A stretch of 64,000 nucleotides of DNA from Malacoraja senta (lineage: Eukaryota), in assembly GCA_038087875.1 (NCBI GenBank), contig JAXLNO010000220.1, positions 1 to 64,000 of the forward strand. The letters are read 5' to 3'. The notes beneath the pieces are model-generated. The model was not told where the DNA came from. It saw nothing but the letters and a program-made list of their open reading frames with translations, and ran no database searches. Numbering within the stretch: position 1 is the stretch's first letter; every line of letters starts with the position of its first letter. The translations under genes and the position numbers were made by a program. Below, one piece after another: positions 39,467 through 53,030 of this stretch.

Positions 39467-40642
39467 CCCAGAGAGTTGTGAATTTGTGGAATTCCCTGCC
39501 ACAGAGGGCAGTGGAGGCCAAGTCACTGGATGGATTTAAGAGAGAGTTAGATAGAGCTCTAGGGGCTAGTGGAGTGAAGGGATATGGGGAGAAGGCAGGC
39601 ACGGGTTATTGATAGGGGACAAGCAGCCATGATCACAATGAATGGTGGTGCTGGCTCGAAGGGCCGAATGGCCTCCTCCTGCACCTATTTTCTATGTTTC
39701 TATGTTTCTATATACTATGTCCATCAGTTGGGGAAACTCAGAATTAAAGAACGTTCCTTCAGGAAGGACATGAGGAGGAATTCCTTTAGTCAGAGGGTGG
39801 TGAATCTGTGGAATTCTTTGCCACAGAAGGCTGTGGAGGCCGTCAATGGATATTTTTAGATAGATTCTTGATTAGTACGGGTGTCAGGGGTTATGGGGAG
39901 AAGGCAGGAAAATGGGGTTAGGAGGGAGATAGATCAGCCATGATTGAATGGTGGAGCTGACTCGATGGGCCGAATTGCCGAAATCTGCTCCTATCACATG
40001 ACCTTATTCTGTGCTGAATTCTCTTGAATGGGATGAACTGAAACTGATCTGAGAGCAGTATCCACCAGGCTAACAGTAGCCAAGTTTGACAACAATTCTA
40101 TGATGGTTTAGTTCATTGATAATTTTATACAGTAGACACACACTGACCTCTTGCACTGCTTTCTGTTGTAATGGGGGTGTGCGAGGATTGTTTCAGAATT
40201 TCTTTTCTTCTCTACTAAGCTGTAGGATTTCCTTTGGCTTTCGCAGTGAGTAGATTTGATAGCCACAACGTACGACAGGGTAGGAAGTAGCTATTGGTGA
40301 TTATCCAAATATCATATATCAGGGCTATTTGATGGAGCAGCAAGAATTATGCTGTGAAATTATGTTGGAAACATTGTTATAGATACATAGAAAATAGGTG
40401 CAGGAGTAGGCCATTCAGCCCTTCGAGCCTGCACCGCCATTCAATATGATCATGGCTGATCATCCAACTCAGTATCCCGTACCTGCCTTCTCTCCATACC
40501 CCCTGATCCCCTTAGCCACAAGGGCCACATCTAACTCCCTCTTAAATATAGCCAATGAACTGGCCTCAACTACCCTCTGTGGCAGAGAGTTCCAGAGATT
40601 CACCACTCTCTGTGTGAAAAAGTTTTTCCTCATCTCGGTCTT
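39467..40642. mobile_element. Cluster of CR1 3' fragments (39467-39710 +, 39735-40005 +, 40381-40642 -)
   Basis: QRVVNLWNSLP coding and 3' UTRs. Confidence 0.85.
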
Positions 40643-42557
40643 TATAACCCACACGTGGATTCTCTCTGAGGTTTTCTGCTATTTTCTCTGAGATTGTTTG
40701 GATCTTTATTAACTGCACCTATGCACGGATCAGAGTAGGTACTTTAATTTTGTGCAGGTACAAGGAACTGCAGATGCAGGTTTACAAAATAGACTCAAAG
40801 CGAAGGGGTAACTCAGTAGGTCAGGCAGCATCTTTGCTATGGAGATGCAGAAGGCAGTGGAGGCCAATTCTATGGATGCTTTCAAGAGAGAGTTCTTAAA
40901 GATAACCATCTTAATTAATGTGCAAACCAGTGGCCTTGCGATCAATGCCCACATCCCAAGAGCAACCAATAGTTTTATTTAGTAAATTCAATAACTTGCA
41001 ACCCATCTTTGTGGCAAACAATTCACCACAAGATGCATGTGGGCATTTTACTGCCACAGAGTATTATGTAGGTGCAAGTGTTTATGAAAATGTCTCTGTA
41101 ATGGAACTAGTGACAGGTGACAAACATGTGATTTAATATGTTTGCTCCAACACGTCAGCTGTAAGAGGGAAGAATTTCCCAGGAGAACTTTATCCAGCAT
41201 CAGCTTCCAGTTGGAAATTCTTGCTTGCTTTTGGGAGACACAAAAGAAACTTACTTCAGATTATTACTTAGCAGAAACAGTTGTATTCTTAAGAGGGCGT
41301 AAATATTTGGATATTCGTGGCATTCAAAAGACTTCTATTTACTCGACATACATAGTTGAGAAGGTTAAAATCAGATTGTTTATGCAGAGATTGGAATTAT
41401 TTGCTGCAAAAGTATTGTTGAAGCTAATCAAATTTAAAATTGATTTTTTTTAAATGGAATTGGTTGCTTAAAAAGTATTGAATGCCCTGGAGAGGGAGCA
41501 GAAGAATGGGGGACCTATGGAGTGGTGGGGAGTTTCTGGAATGAGCTGCCAGAAGAGGTAGTTGAGGCAGGTGCTACAAACAACATTTACATGTCAGAGG
41601 TTATGGGGAGAAGGCAGGAGAATGGGGTTAGGAGGGAGAGATAGATCAGCCATGATTGAATGGCGGAGTAGACTTGATGGGCCGAATGGCCTAATTCTAC
41701 TCCTGTCACATGATCTTCTGACCTTATGACACTAACTCGTAAATGGATAGGAAAGGTTTAGAGGGATATGGGCCAAACGTGGACAAATGGGATTACTTTA
41801 GATGGGGCACCTTGGTCAGCATGGACAAGTTGGGCCACAGGGCCTGTTTCCATACTATATCACTATGACTCTAGAATCATGACATACACCTAGGGGTCAA
41901 AAGGAGCTAATGTTTCACTTCGATGACTTCCAATCTTGAAACATTACTGAGATGACGTTACTCCACATTCGTAGAGAGAGAGAAAATCTAGTTCTATATG
42001 CACCTGCAGTATTTTACTTCACTGTTCATGGGCCTTTTTGTCTCCTGTGCTGAAATGCTGCCGTCACAAGCATTGCAGTATCTCCAATATCACAATACAA
42101 TGCCCAGTGTAATAAGCCATATTGCCCTTGTTATTTTCCTTCTGTTATAACATTTTAAAAAAACCAATATTCAAATAGCTGAAAGTGTAAATTGAACTTC
42201 AGTGAGCATTTTGTGTCTATCTTCAGTGATACTACATAAGACCTAACTGGGATATTCTGCATTCACTTTTGTTGGATGCTCCGAAATCGATAGCAAGCAG
42301 CTTAGGCTTGCAGGTCAAAATTCCCACTTCAGCTGCATAAAGACTCTGCCAGTTTCTCTCATTCCCTTAAGTACTCTGATGGATGCCATCTGGTCCTGAT
42401 TGTGCAATACAAAAGTGGACGTGCTATATTTATGCAGAGCAAGATCCGTCTAGTGTCGTCCTTTACTCTTCTGTGATGGAGGCATCAGGTTTTGCTGGAC
42501 GGACAAAATACTTCAGATGCTGGAATCTGACACAAAACTAAACAGACTGCTTGAGGA

Positions 42558-42691
42558 ACAGTCTGGCGAAGGGTCCCGACTTGAAATGTTACCCATCCTT
42601 TTCCTCCGGAGATGCTGCCTGACCCACTGAGTTACTCCAGCACTTTGTGTCTATCTTTGGTATAAACCAGCCTCTGCAGTTCTTTGTTTCT
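42558..42691 (+). mobile_element. Hammerhead-family mini-element (decayed core) with 12-bp TSD
   Basis: TSD actgcttgagga (42546-42557, 42692-42703). Confidence 0.8.
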
Positions 42692-42744
42692 ACTGCTTGA
42701 GGAGCTCAGCAGCTTAAGTAGTATCCGTGGAGGCAAAGGAAAGT

Positions 42745-43803
42745 TTTAGTTGTAGAGATATCTTCGGCCCACCGAGTCCGTGTCAACCAATGATCCCCCG
42801 CATGCTAACACTATCCTATCAACACTAGGGACCATTTACAATTTAAACCAATAATATATTCGCACAACACTATACCAAGCCAATTAACCTTACAAGCCTG
42901 TATGCCTTTGGAGTGTGGGAAGAAACCAGACCTCCTGGAGAACACTCACACAGGTCACAGGGAAAACTTACAAACTCCGTACAGACAGCACCCGTAGTCA
43001 GGATCAAACCAGAGTCTCTGGCGCTGTAATGGGCCTGTCCCACTTAGGGGATTTTTCAGGCGACTGTCGGCGACTGTCAAGTCGTTGGTAGTCGCCTGAA
43101 AAAACTGGCGACAGGAACGGTGACTGTCAGAGTGGAACACACACACACATCGCTTCCTTCACCAGCAGGCGGGGGACAGGGCAAGCGGGGGGGAGCGCTG
43201 TCTGAGTGAAATTCACACGGTGCAAAGCCAATGTGATACAGACACACACCGCGATGAACAGGAAGGTTGGCGCTGTAAATATGACGGTGATAGCACAGTG
43301 TACGGGGTCACGTAAGTCCTTTAAAAGAGGGAAGGGGGGGGGGGGGGAGAGAAGGAGTGGAGACAACTTTTAAGGCCAGAGATACACGGCTGTGAATCTT
43401 GGCGAACATTACCGGTCGGTTATTCTTGGTTCTCAAAACGACTGTTTTCCCCAATTAAATGCACTGGTCAGCACCGACTACAACCAACGAGAACTTTCGA
43501 CCCCCTGGCAACCCACTAGGACCTCCTGGCGACCCACCTGCGGCACGAGAATTCTCGCTACTCTCCATGGCGGCTTCATTCTGGTCGCCGCTAATTTCTC
43601 AACGTTGAAAATTAACGGGGACCATAATGAGGCCGCGACCAGTTCCCAGAATGCGGGAACTCCTCACGACCATGAAGGCGACTCCCCGGCAACCACCCGC
43701 GAACATGTGGCGACCGCATATTCTCCTGCAGTAGCCTAAAAAGTCGCCTAGGTGGGACAGGCCCATAAGGCAGCAACTCTACCGCTGCCCCACTGTGCCA
43801 CCC
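42745..43803 (-). mobile_element. HE1/V-SINE split by a MITE
   Basis: gcgctg-TAA|MITE|TAA-ggcagcaac. Confidence 0.85.
43030..43765. mobile_element. Harbinger-type MITE (736 bp)
   Basis: TIR tgggcctgtcccac / gtgggacaggccca; TAA TSD (43027-43029, 43766-43768). Confidence 0.9.
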
Positions 43804-43840
43804 TGATCTTGAATGGTTGACAGTTCAGATCGAGACCAAG

Positions 43841-44188
43841 CATAGAAACATAGAAACATAGAAAATAGGTGCAGGAGTAGGCCATTCGGCCCTTCGAGCC
43901 TGCACCGCCATTCAATATGATCATGGCTGATCATCCAACTCAGTATCCCGTACCTGCCTTCTCTCCATACCCCCTGATCCCTTTAGCCACAAGGGCGACA
44001 TCTAACTCTCTCTTAAATATAGCCAATGAACTGGCCTCAACTACCTTCTGTGGCAGAGATTTCCACAGATTCACCACTCTCTGTGTAAAAAATGTTTTTC
44101 CTCATCTCGGTCCTAAAAGACTTCCCCCTTATCCTTAAACTGTGACCCCTTGTTCTGGACTTCCCCAACATCGGGAATAATCTTCCCA
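43841..44188 (-). mobile_element. CR1 3' fragment
   Basis: Family match. Confidence 0.9.
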
Positions 44189-44356
44189 ATGTTGATTGTG
44201 CAGAAAGAACATAGTCAGTAGATCTACCTTGCATATGGATCCTGAGTGCCAGATATTCAAGTGATCCCTCTTCCTGCAAGAGCACTGTCCACTCCAATGC
44301 ACGTGACCTCACAGATCAGACAAATTCTCCCTCATCAACCATTTGCAAGAATCATT

Positions 44357-44384
44357 CTGAAGAAGGGTCTCGACCCGAAACGTC
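44357..44384 (+). ncRNA. Minimal hammerhead core in a ~100-bp mini-element (44355-44455)
   Basis: CTGAAGAagggtctcgacccGAAACGTC, intact core. Confidence 0.7.
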
Positions 44385-46131
44385 ACCCATTCCTTCTCTC
44401 CAGAGATGCTGCCTGTCCTGCTGAGTTACTCCAACATTTTGTGTCTATCTTTGATTTGCGAGGACTTCACGGCTGGACAATGATTAGGAATGAAGAACTA
44501 CACCAAGGTCCTTCACCCTATGTCCAAAACTCCACCACCAACCACCTTGAATAGTGCGGGTGTCAGGGATTACGGGGAGAAGGCAGGAGGATGGGGTTGA
44601 GAGGGAGAGATAGATCAGCCACGATTGAATGGCAGAGTAGACTTAATGGGTTGAATGGCCTAGTTCTGCTCCTATGACCTATGAACTTATGAACTTACGA
44701 ACTCACCTCCACCACTCCATTTAGACAAATACTTGTAACACATTTAGTTCTGTCTGCTTCGAACAGAAGAACTGGACTGAGTGCTTGCTGTTCCTCATTT
44801 TATACCGGGCAGCCATTTGCTGTTATCAGATTTCACGACTGAGAGAATTTAATCATTCATACCCAAGTCCATCCGAGAGTGCAATGCAATCTATGGAGTA
44901 TTTTATGTGTGGTCTCTCTGGGAAGGGGGAATTAATGAATGATCTTTTGCTATTAGAGTTCAAGTCTGAGTTCCTCAATTATTCAACAAATGCAGCACCA
45001 ACTTTGTACAGACAGAGTTCATCACCATTACACATTTTAGAAGCATTCGACAGCTGCTGTTTGATTTTGAATCTTCAGCTGCAGCCAGTAAAGTTTGGTG
45101 CTGTAACAATCCTCCAAACTGCTTTGCTCCAAACTGGCAGCACTTGAAATATTAAAAGATCAATACAATACAATACAATACGGTTTTATTTGTCACATTG
45201 TACATAGAGTGCAAGTGAAATGAATTTGCCAGCAGCGGTACAATAATAAAGAACACACAAAAACACAATAGAAATGTAACACAAGCTTCCACCACAGCAT
45301 TCATCACTGTGGTGGAAGGCACAACATTTGGCCAGTCCTCCTCCATTTTCCCCCGTGGTCGGGACCTCAACCCCCCCGCAGCCACCGCTGCGGGCATCCA
45401 GATGTGCAGACAAGGTAAAAGTCCAGGTAAGTCCTGAATCGGTGCCTCCCCACCGGAGACCGCGCGCGGCTTCAAGATCGCTTGAAGGACAACTGTTGCA
45501 AACTGGCCACTCGTTTCAGAGCTGGTTTTTCGGAATTCTGGAACCGCAGGTTCGACACGTTATCAACACAAACAAAAATCCAGGAGGAGATTACTACTTT
45601 CTGCCTCCCACCACCAGTCACAGCCAGCTCCATGTTATGTCCAGAAACAAGCGGCAAGGACAAAAACAACACCATTACTGCAATCAAACTGGCTTTGTCC
45701 TGCACCAGCACACCATTCCCAAAGCATTCAAACAACATTTTCTCTTTAAAGCACAATGGGTCCACACCCCACTGTATAGTAAAGACAGCACTTGTATTTT
45801 ATACTGCTAAAGAAAATCTCAAGATGTTCCAAGGATAAAGAGTGAAGAAGATTAGACTTTATTGTCTTCCATCACAGTGAGGAATCTGCTGTGTTGGATG
45901 TTTATGTTAAATTTTATGTACTTGTGTGTTTTGTTGCTTTTTATAGTATGACTGTATGGTAAATCGAGTTTCACTGTACCTTAATTGCTACACATGACAA
46001 TAAAATATCCTTTGAACCCTTTGACACACTTTGGGGTATGGTCATTGCTGTGATACAGCATCATGGTCCCAAGAGCAGTAATTAGATAAATGAGATGTGT
46101 AGGAAGGAACTGCAGATGCGGTTGAAACCGA

Positions 46132-47194
46132 ATCCTCAACTTCCTCATCCACAGACCACAGACTGTTCGTATTGGTGGAAATGTGTCAGCCTCGATAACG
46201 ATCAGCACGGGAGCACCTGAAGGCTGCGTGCTCCCGTGCTATACTCACTCTACACTCATGAATGAGTAGCCAGTCATAGTGCGAACTCCATCATCAAGTT
46301 CGCTGACAACACCACTGTTGTGGGACGTACCACTGATGGCGACGAGTCAGAGAATAGAAGAGAGATCGACCGACGTCCAAATGGTGCCAGCACAATAACC
46401 TGGCCCTCAACACCAGCAAAACCAAGGAACTGATTGTGGACTTTGGAAGGGGTAGGATGGGGACCCACAGTCCCGTTTATATCAACGGGTCGATGGTGGA
46501 GAGGGTGAAGAGCTTCAAATTCCATGGCGTGCATATTTCTGAAGATCTTTCCTGGTCTGTGAACACTGATGCAATTATAAAGAAAGCACATCAGCGCCTC
46601 TACTTCCTGAGAAGATTACGGAAAGTCGGTTTGTCAAGGAGGACTCTCTCTAACTTCTACAGGTGCACAGTAGAGAGCATGCTGACTGGTTGCATCGTGG
46701 CTTGGTTCAGCAACTTGAGCGCCCTGGAGAGGAAAAGACTACAAAAAGGAGTAAACACTGCCCAGTCCATCATCGGCTCTGACCTCCCTTCCATCGAGGG
46801 GATCTATCGCAGTCACTGCCTCAAAAAGGCTGGCAGTATCATCAAAGACCCACACCATCCTGGCCACACACTCATCTCCCTACTACCTTCAGGTAGAAGG
46901 TACATGAGCCTGAAGACTGCAACGACCAGGTTTAGGAATAGCTACTTCCCCACAGCCATCAGGCTATTAAACTCAACTGTAAAAAAACTCTGAACATTAA
47001 TAGCCCATTATCTGTTTTTTTGCACTTTATCAGTTTATTTATTCATGTGTGTATATATTTATAGAATGGTATATTGACACACTGATCTGTTCTGTATTCA
47101 TGCCTACTATATTCTGTTGTGCTGAAGCAAAGCAAGAATTTCATTGTCCTATCTGGGACACATGACAATAAACTCTCTTGAATCTTGAATCTTG
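46132..47194 (+). mobile_element. Rex1/Babar LINE 5'-truncated (RT KFADN to C-terminus)
   Basis: ORF 46436-46993; (tcttgaa)n tail. Confidence 0.92.
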
Positions 47195-47224
47195 AGATAG
47201 ACACAAAAAGCTGGAGTAACTCAG

Positions 47225-48387
47225 TACGGCATTCAACAAGGTTCTGCATGGTGGGCTGCTCTGGAAGGTTAGATCGCATGTGATCCAAGAGGAGATAGCT
47301 GAATGGATGCAAATTGGCTTCACGGAAGGAAGCAGAATATGATGGTGGGAGGTTGGTTCTCGGACTGGAGGCCTGTGACTTGTGGTGTGCCTCAGGGTTC
47401 GGTGCTGGGCCCGTTGCTGTTTGTAATCTATCAATGATTTGGATGAGAACATAAAGGGCAAGATTAGCAATTTCCTGATGATACAAAAGTGGGCGGTTTT
47501 GCAGATAGTGAAGATGGTTGTGAAAGATTGCAGCAGGATCTGGATCGATTGGCCAGGTGGGCTGAGGAATGGTTGATGGAATTTAATACAAAGAAATGTG
47601 AATTGTTGCATTTTGGGAGGTCTAACAAGGGCAAGACCCACACAGTGAATGGTAGGCCTCTGGGGAGTGTTGTAGAGCAGAGAGATCAAGGAGTGCAGGT
47701 GCATGGTTCCTTGAAGGTCGAGTCGCAGGTAGATAGGGTGGTCAAAAAGGCTTTTGGCACATTGGCGTTCATCAGTCAGAGTATTGAGTATAGAAGTTGG
47801 GAGGTCATGTTGCAGTTGTATAAGACGTTGGTGAGATCGCATTTAGAATATTGTGTTCAGTTCTGGGCAACATTTATAGGAAAGATATTTTCAAGCTTGA
47901 AAGGGTTCAGAGAAGATTTACGAGGATGTTGCCAGGACTAGAGGGTGTGAGCTATAGGGAGAGATTGAGTAGGGTGGGTCTCTATTCCTTGGAGCGCAAG
48001 AGGATGAGGGGTAAATTTATAGAGGTGTATAAAATCATGAGAGGAATAGATCAGGTAGATGCACAGAACCTCTTGCCCAGAGTAGGGGAATCGAGGACCA
48101 GGGGACAGAAGATCAAGGTGAAGAAAAGATGTGATAGGAATCTGAGGGGTAACGTTTTCACACAAAGGGTGGTAGGTGTATGGAACAAGCTGCCAGAGGG
48201 GGTAGTTAAGGCTGGAACTATCCCAACGTTTAAGAAACAGTTAGACAGGTACATGGATAGGACTGGTTTGGAGGGATATGGACCAAGTGCAGGCAGGTGG
48301 GACTAGTGTGGCTGGGACATGTTGGCCTGTGTGGGCAAGTTTGGCCAAAGGGCCTGTTTCCACACTGTATCACTATGTGACTCTACA
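47225..48387 (+). mobile_element. HER1-like CR1 LINE, frameshifted
   Basis: ORFs 47489-47941 and 47851-48306. Confidence 0.9.
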
Positions 48388-48872
48388 ACGGGTCAGACAG
48401 CATCTCTGGAAAAAAGGAATAGGTAATGTTTCAGTCTGAAGAAAGCTCTCAACCCGAAACGTCACCTAATCCTTTTCTCCAGAGATGCTGTCTGACCCGC
48501 TGAGTTACTACAGCTTTTTGTGTCTATCTGTGGTTTAATTAGATAAATGACCTAGATAATCTGTTTCAGTATTTTTGGTTCAATATTAGCCTGAACTTCA
48601 AGAAATTAAAAACTCCATCCATTAGTTTTTCTTCTCCATGTATTCATTTCCTAAGTGCTGGCCATCAGTGACAAGGCCTGCATTTACTCTTCATCTCTGG
48701 TTGCCATTGAGATGGTGGTGGTGAGTTGCTATTTAGTTCAGTTTAGTTTATTGTCATACGTACCCAGGTACAGTGAAAAGTTTTTGTTGTGCGTTAACCA
48801 GTCAGTGGAAACACAATGTTTTAGAAGGAACTGCAGATGCTGGAAAATCGAAGGTACACAAAAATGCTGGAG

Positions 48873-49283
48873 ATGGTATGAAATGGTATTAGAATTTGGT
48901 GGCCTGCACTCTGCTTGGAATGGTATGAAATTGCATTTGAATTTGGTGGCCTGCACTCTGCTTGGAATGGTAAGAAATTGCATTTGAATTTGATGGCCTG
49001 CACTCTGCTTGAAATGGAATTTCAAGGAATAGCCGAGAGTGAACTGCCAGCCCACCAGCCGTGAGTGAGTGAACTGCCAGCCCACCAGCCCTGAGTGACT
49101 GAACTGCCAGCCCTGAGTGAGTGAGCTGCCAGCCCACCAGGCCTGAGTGACTGAGCTGCCAGCCCACCAGGCCTGAGTGACTGAGCTGCCAGCCTACCAG
49201 GCCTGAGTGAGAGGTGGAATATTGCATTGGGGGACCAGCCCTCCCGTATGAACATGGGACCCGACGGGTTCCACTTCGTCTAG
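48873..49283 (+). mobile_element. Putative non-autonomous Helitron 3' end with internal minisatellites
   Basis: Hairpin gggacccgacgggttcc (49256-49272), then CTAG|T at 49280-49284; 3x47-bp and ~6x30-bp tandem arrays upstream. Confidence 0.6.
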
Positions 49284-49387
49284 TCTTTTATAAAAGGCAC
49301 CCGCTTTCACCCTAATATTGATATCATTCAATCTGCAGTTGATTTTTTTAAATCTTCTTCTTTAAATAGTGATGTTACATTTGCCAC

Positions 49388-49704
49388 AGTTTAGTTTTAG
49401 AGATACAGCGCGGAGGCTGGCCCTTCGGCCCCCCCCGACTTCGGGCCGACCAGCGATCCCCACACATGAACACCAGTTTAGTTTATATAACACTATCCTA
49501 CACACACTAGGGACAATTTACAATTTTACAAAGCCAATAAACAACAAACCTGTACATCTTTGGAGTGTGGTAGGAAACCGATGCTCCTGGGCAAAACCCA
49601 CGCAGGTCACGGGGAGAACATACAAACTTCGTACAGACAGCACCCATGGTCAGGATCAAACCCAGGTAAGGCAGCAACACTACAGCTGCGACACCATGCC
49701 ACCC
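49388..49704 (-). mobile_element. HE1/V-SINE
   Basis: Family match. Confidence 0.8.
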
Positions 49705-50299
49705 CATTTTTATTTTCATAATTTATATTATTTTGGAAGATGACAATCAACAACGACCCAGCAGTGGAACTAATAAACCACACTTGGTGGTGGGTGGACA
49801 TTTAAGTACATTCTGTGCCCTTGCAAATTTCTGTGCTTCTTCCAAGATCATAAGATCATGTGATCGGAGTAGAATTAGGCCATTCAGCCCATCAGGTTTA
49901 CTCCGCCATTCAACCATCTATCTCTCCCTCCTAACCCCATTCTCCTGCCATCTCTCCATAACCTCTGACACCCGTACTAATCAAGAATCAATCTATCTCT
50001 GCCTTAAATATATCCACTGACTTGGCCTCCACAGCCTTCTGTGGCAAAGAATTCCACAGATTCACTACCCTCTGACTAAAGAAATCCCTCCCCATCTCCG
50101 ACATAAAAGATCATCCGTTAATTCTGAGGCGATGACCTCTAGTCCTAGACTCTCCCACTAGTGGAAACATCCTCTCCACATCCACTTTATCCAAGCCTAA
50201 CCAAGCTCGGATTCATCTATTGAAAGAGGACAGTGAGGTAGTAATCACAAGGATTACCCAAGTTCTTGCCCATGTTTTACCCAACTCTTCAAGACTTCC

Positions 50300-50560
50300 T
50301 GGGGACCGGAGTCAAACCTGTGGACTCCATGGGGTCCTTCTTTGCTGTCCATATACCACTATGCCTTCCTCGTCCGTGGATCTGTCCTGCTGGTGGTGCA
50401 GGGCATGATCAGGACTTATGAAGCAAACATGTTCTGTCGTGCACGATTCCATGAGGACGATTATGTCAGGGCGTTGCGTTACTAATCTGTGGGACAGCTC
50501 GTCCGTTTTGCATCCCAGCGCTCAGATGTTTGTGAGGAGGACTGTGGAAGGTTGGTCTGG
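50300..50560 (-). pseudogene. Ancient LINE APE-endonuclease remnant
   Basis: Minus frame ELSHRLVTQRPDIIVLMES..HQQDRSTDEEGIVVY resembles APE PDIVILTES..RQDR..GGGVVVY. Confidence 0.55.
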
Positions 50561-51061
50561 ACTGGGAATGACTTCGCTCTGCCCAAATTCACTGCCGAGT
50601 ACCACGAGATGTTTTCCAGTGTACTTGGCAGAAGACAAGCAAGAGCTTATCTGAAAGCTAATTTTCCAACAATGTAATATTGCCTCAACATGCACTGGAT
50701 TTCCTCTTTTCGTTTTGTTTTTAATAGAAATCTGGTAGTTTCATGAAGACCACTTCTGATAGTTCAGATTGACTTCATTAACTGAATTTAAATTTCTCAG
50801 TCACCAGGGCAGGATATGAACTTGCATCTTTAGGCCATTAGGTTTGCTAATCTGGGAAGATAATCCATTGGGCCAACATACTCCTGAAGCCACCAGCTGG
50901 ATTAGGCCCCAATGTTTCTGCAAGAAAGACCAGACGCCACTGAGTAGCAATTCAAAACTGGGACTTCAGAATTGTTAGGAAACACATACAAAGTTTGATG
51001 AAAGTTCAGAAAACTACCACCATGGCAATAGATACAAGTGTGCGACTTGTGGGTGGCATGT

Positions 51062-51375
51062 GGGTGGCACGGTGGCGTAGCGGTAGAGCTACTGCCTTAC
51101 AGCGCCAGAGACCTGGGTTCGATCCTGACTACGGGTGCTTGTCTGTACAGAATTTGTACGTTCTCCCTGTGACCTGCATGAGTTTTCTCCAAGATCTTCG
51201 GTTTCCTTCCACACTCCAAAGACGTACAGGTTTGTAGATTAATTGGCTTGGTATAAATGTAAATTGTCCCTAGTGTGTGTCGGATAGTGTTAGTGTGCAA
51301 AGATTGCTGGTTGGTGTGGACTGGGTAGGCCAAAGAGCCAGTTTCCACGCTGTATCTCTAAACAAATCCTAAGCT
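51062..51375 (+). mobile_element. HE1/V-SINE
   Basis: Full family match. Confidence 0.9.
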
Positions 51376-52213
51376 AAACAAGGTTGATTATTACATTTAT
51401 TTTTGGATTAGTAAGGGAATGTGTTAAGGGATATGGGACAAGGGCAGCCATCCGGGGTCAGGTCACAGATCAGCCATGTTATCTTTGAATGGGCAATCAG
51501 GCTCGAGGGCCAGTTCTGAACCAACAAACCCGCAACCTTCCAATTCAAATAAGACAGGTTAGGGTACACTTCTCAACAAGTGGTAGTTGCCAGTTATAAT
51601 TACTGAAAGCTTTCAGATGCAGGAGAAGTTATGGGAGCTGTGACTTTGAGTTGAACTTCTGTCCAAACTTCCAATTCACAGGAAAGCAAAACATGAAAAT
51701 CGTAACTTTTGAATTAAACCAATTTACATCATTGAGGCGTCCATCAATATTCCAAGACCTATTTTCTACACACTTTGCATTTTGATCCTTTAGAATTCCT
51801 TAGTCTGCTCTGATGTCAAGAGTCTATCCATCATGGCTAAGCACTGACAGTTAAATAGTTTCCTTTGGAGCAGATTTTCTTCCTAAATTACATGAAAAAT
51901 GGCAGGTCTTATTGGAGGTTGACCTTCCTTCCATTATCATCATCTCCCATCAACAGTATTATTAACTCGGGTCGTTGACTGATGGAGGTCTTGCACTGCC
52001 AAGTCAGGCAAACCAAAACATAGTCAACATTTTATGTCCGCTTAGTACATAACCCAACATAATAACCTCAATGCACCTTGATAAATGCTTGTGTCAGCAT
52101 ATCAAAAACAAGGCATTTCAATGCACAACCAGAGGGATATATTCCTTAACTGGGTTTCATCTCAGTCCATTTCTCCAGCTCAAAGACACTGAAGCAAACG
52201 GAAAAATCTCCCT

Positions 52214-52435
52214 AGATTAGCACAAAATACTAGAGTAATTCAGCGGGACAGGCAGCATCTCTGGATAGGATGAATTGGTGATGTTTCGGGTCGAGACCCT
52301 TCTTCAGACTGAGTTTCGACCCGAAACGTCATCCATTCCTTCTATCCAGAGATGCTGCCTGTCCCGCCGAGTTACTCCAGCATTTTGTGTCTATCTTCAG
52401 TTTAAACCAGCATCTGCAGTTCCTTCCTGCAACCT
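52214..52435. mobile_element. Foldback hammerhead mini-element with 13-bp TSD
   Basis: TSD gaaaaatctccct (52201-52213, 52436-52448); minus-strand core at 52280-52307. Confidence 0.85.
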
Positions 52436-52719
52436 GAAAAATCTCCCTTCCTGACTCCTCACCTCAACTAATTCAGCATGGGTCAATAGTCCATGTCTGG
52501 AACTGTTGTGCAGCTAAGTCCCATAACACCAGCTAGCAAGGAAAGGCATTTTGAAAAAAGTGATATCTAGGTACTATGGGTAGTTATATAAAGTTAATGG
52601 CTGTTTGCTTTTTAGCCAAAATGATTTGTGATGCTTTCAGGGAATACCTTCTGTCATTTCGATCTTTGTCAAGTGCCATTCTTGTTGCCCTTTGTAAGGG
52701 CTGTGTAAGTAGCCAAGTG

Positions 52720-53030
52720 CACAGTGGCACAGCTGGTAGACATGCTTCCTCACAGTACCAGAGACCTTGGTTCCAACCCTGACCTTGAGTACCATCTGCT
52801 TGAAGTTAGCAAATTCTCACTGTGACTACATGGGTTTCCTCCGAGTCCTCTGGTCTCCTCCCACATCTCAAAGACATGCCGTTTGTAGGATAATTGGGCC
52901 TCTGTATAATTGCCTCTGTAAAATTAAGGAGTGGATGCAGAAGTGGGAATAACATAGAACTATTGTGAACGGGTGATTGATAGTCGGCATGGACTCGGTG
53001 GGCTGAAGGGCATTTCCACGCTGCATCTAG
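52720..53030 (+). mobile_element. Older HE1/V-SINE
   Basis: Diverged family match. Confidence 0.75.

Noticed and set aside
44785..45838. 100-160 aa ORFs in apparently unique DNA (also 41142-41453)
   Set aside because: No recognisable domain or convincing splice structure; lengths compatible with chance
48875..49210. Regular repeats resembling a CRISPR array
   Set aside because: Tandem units without unique spacers; eukaryotic context; no cas genes
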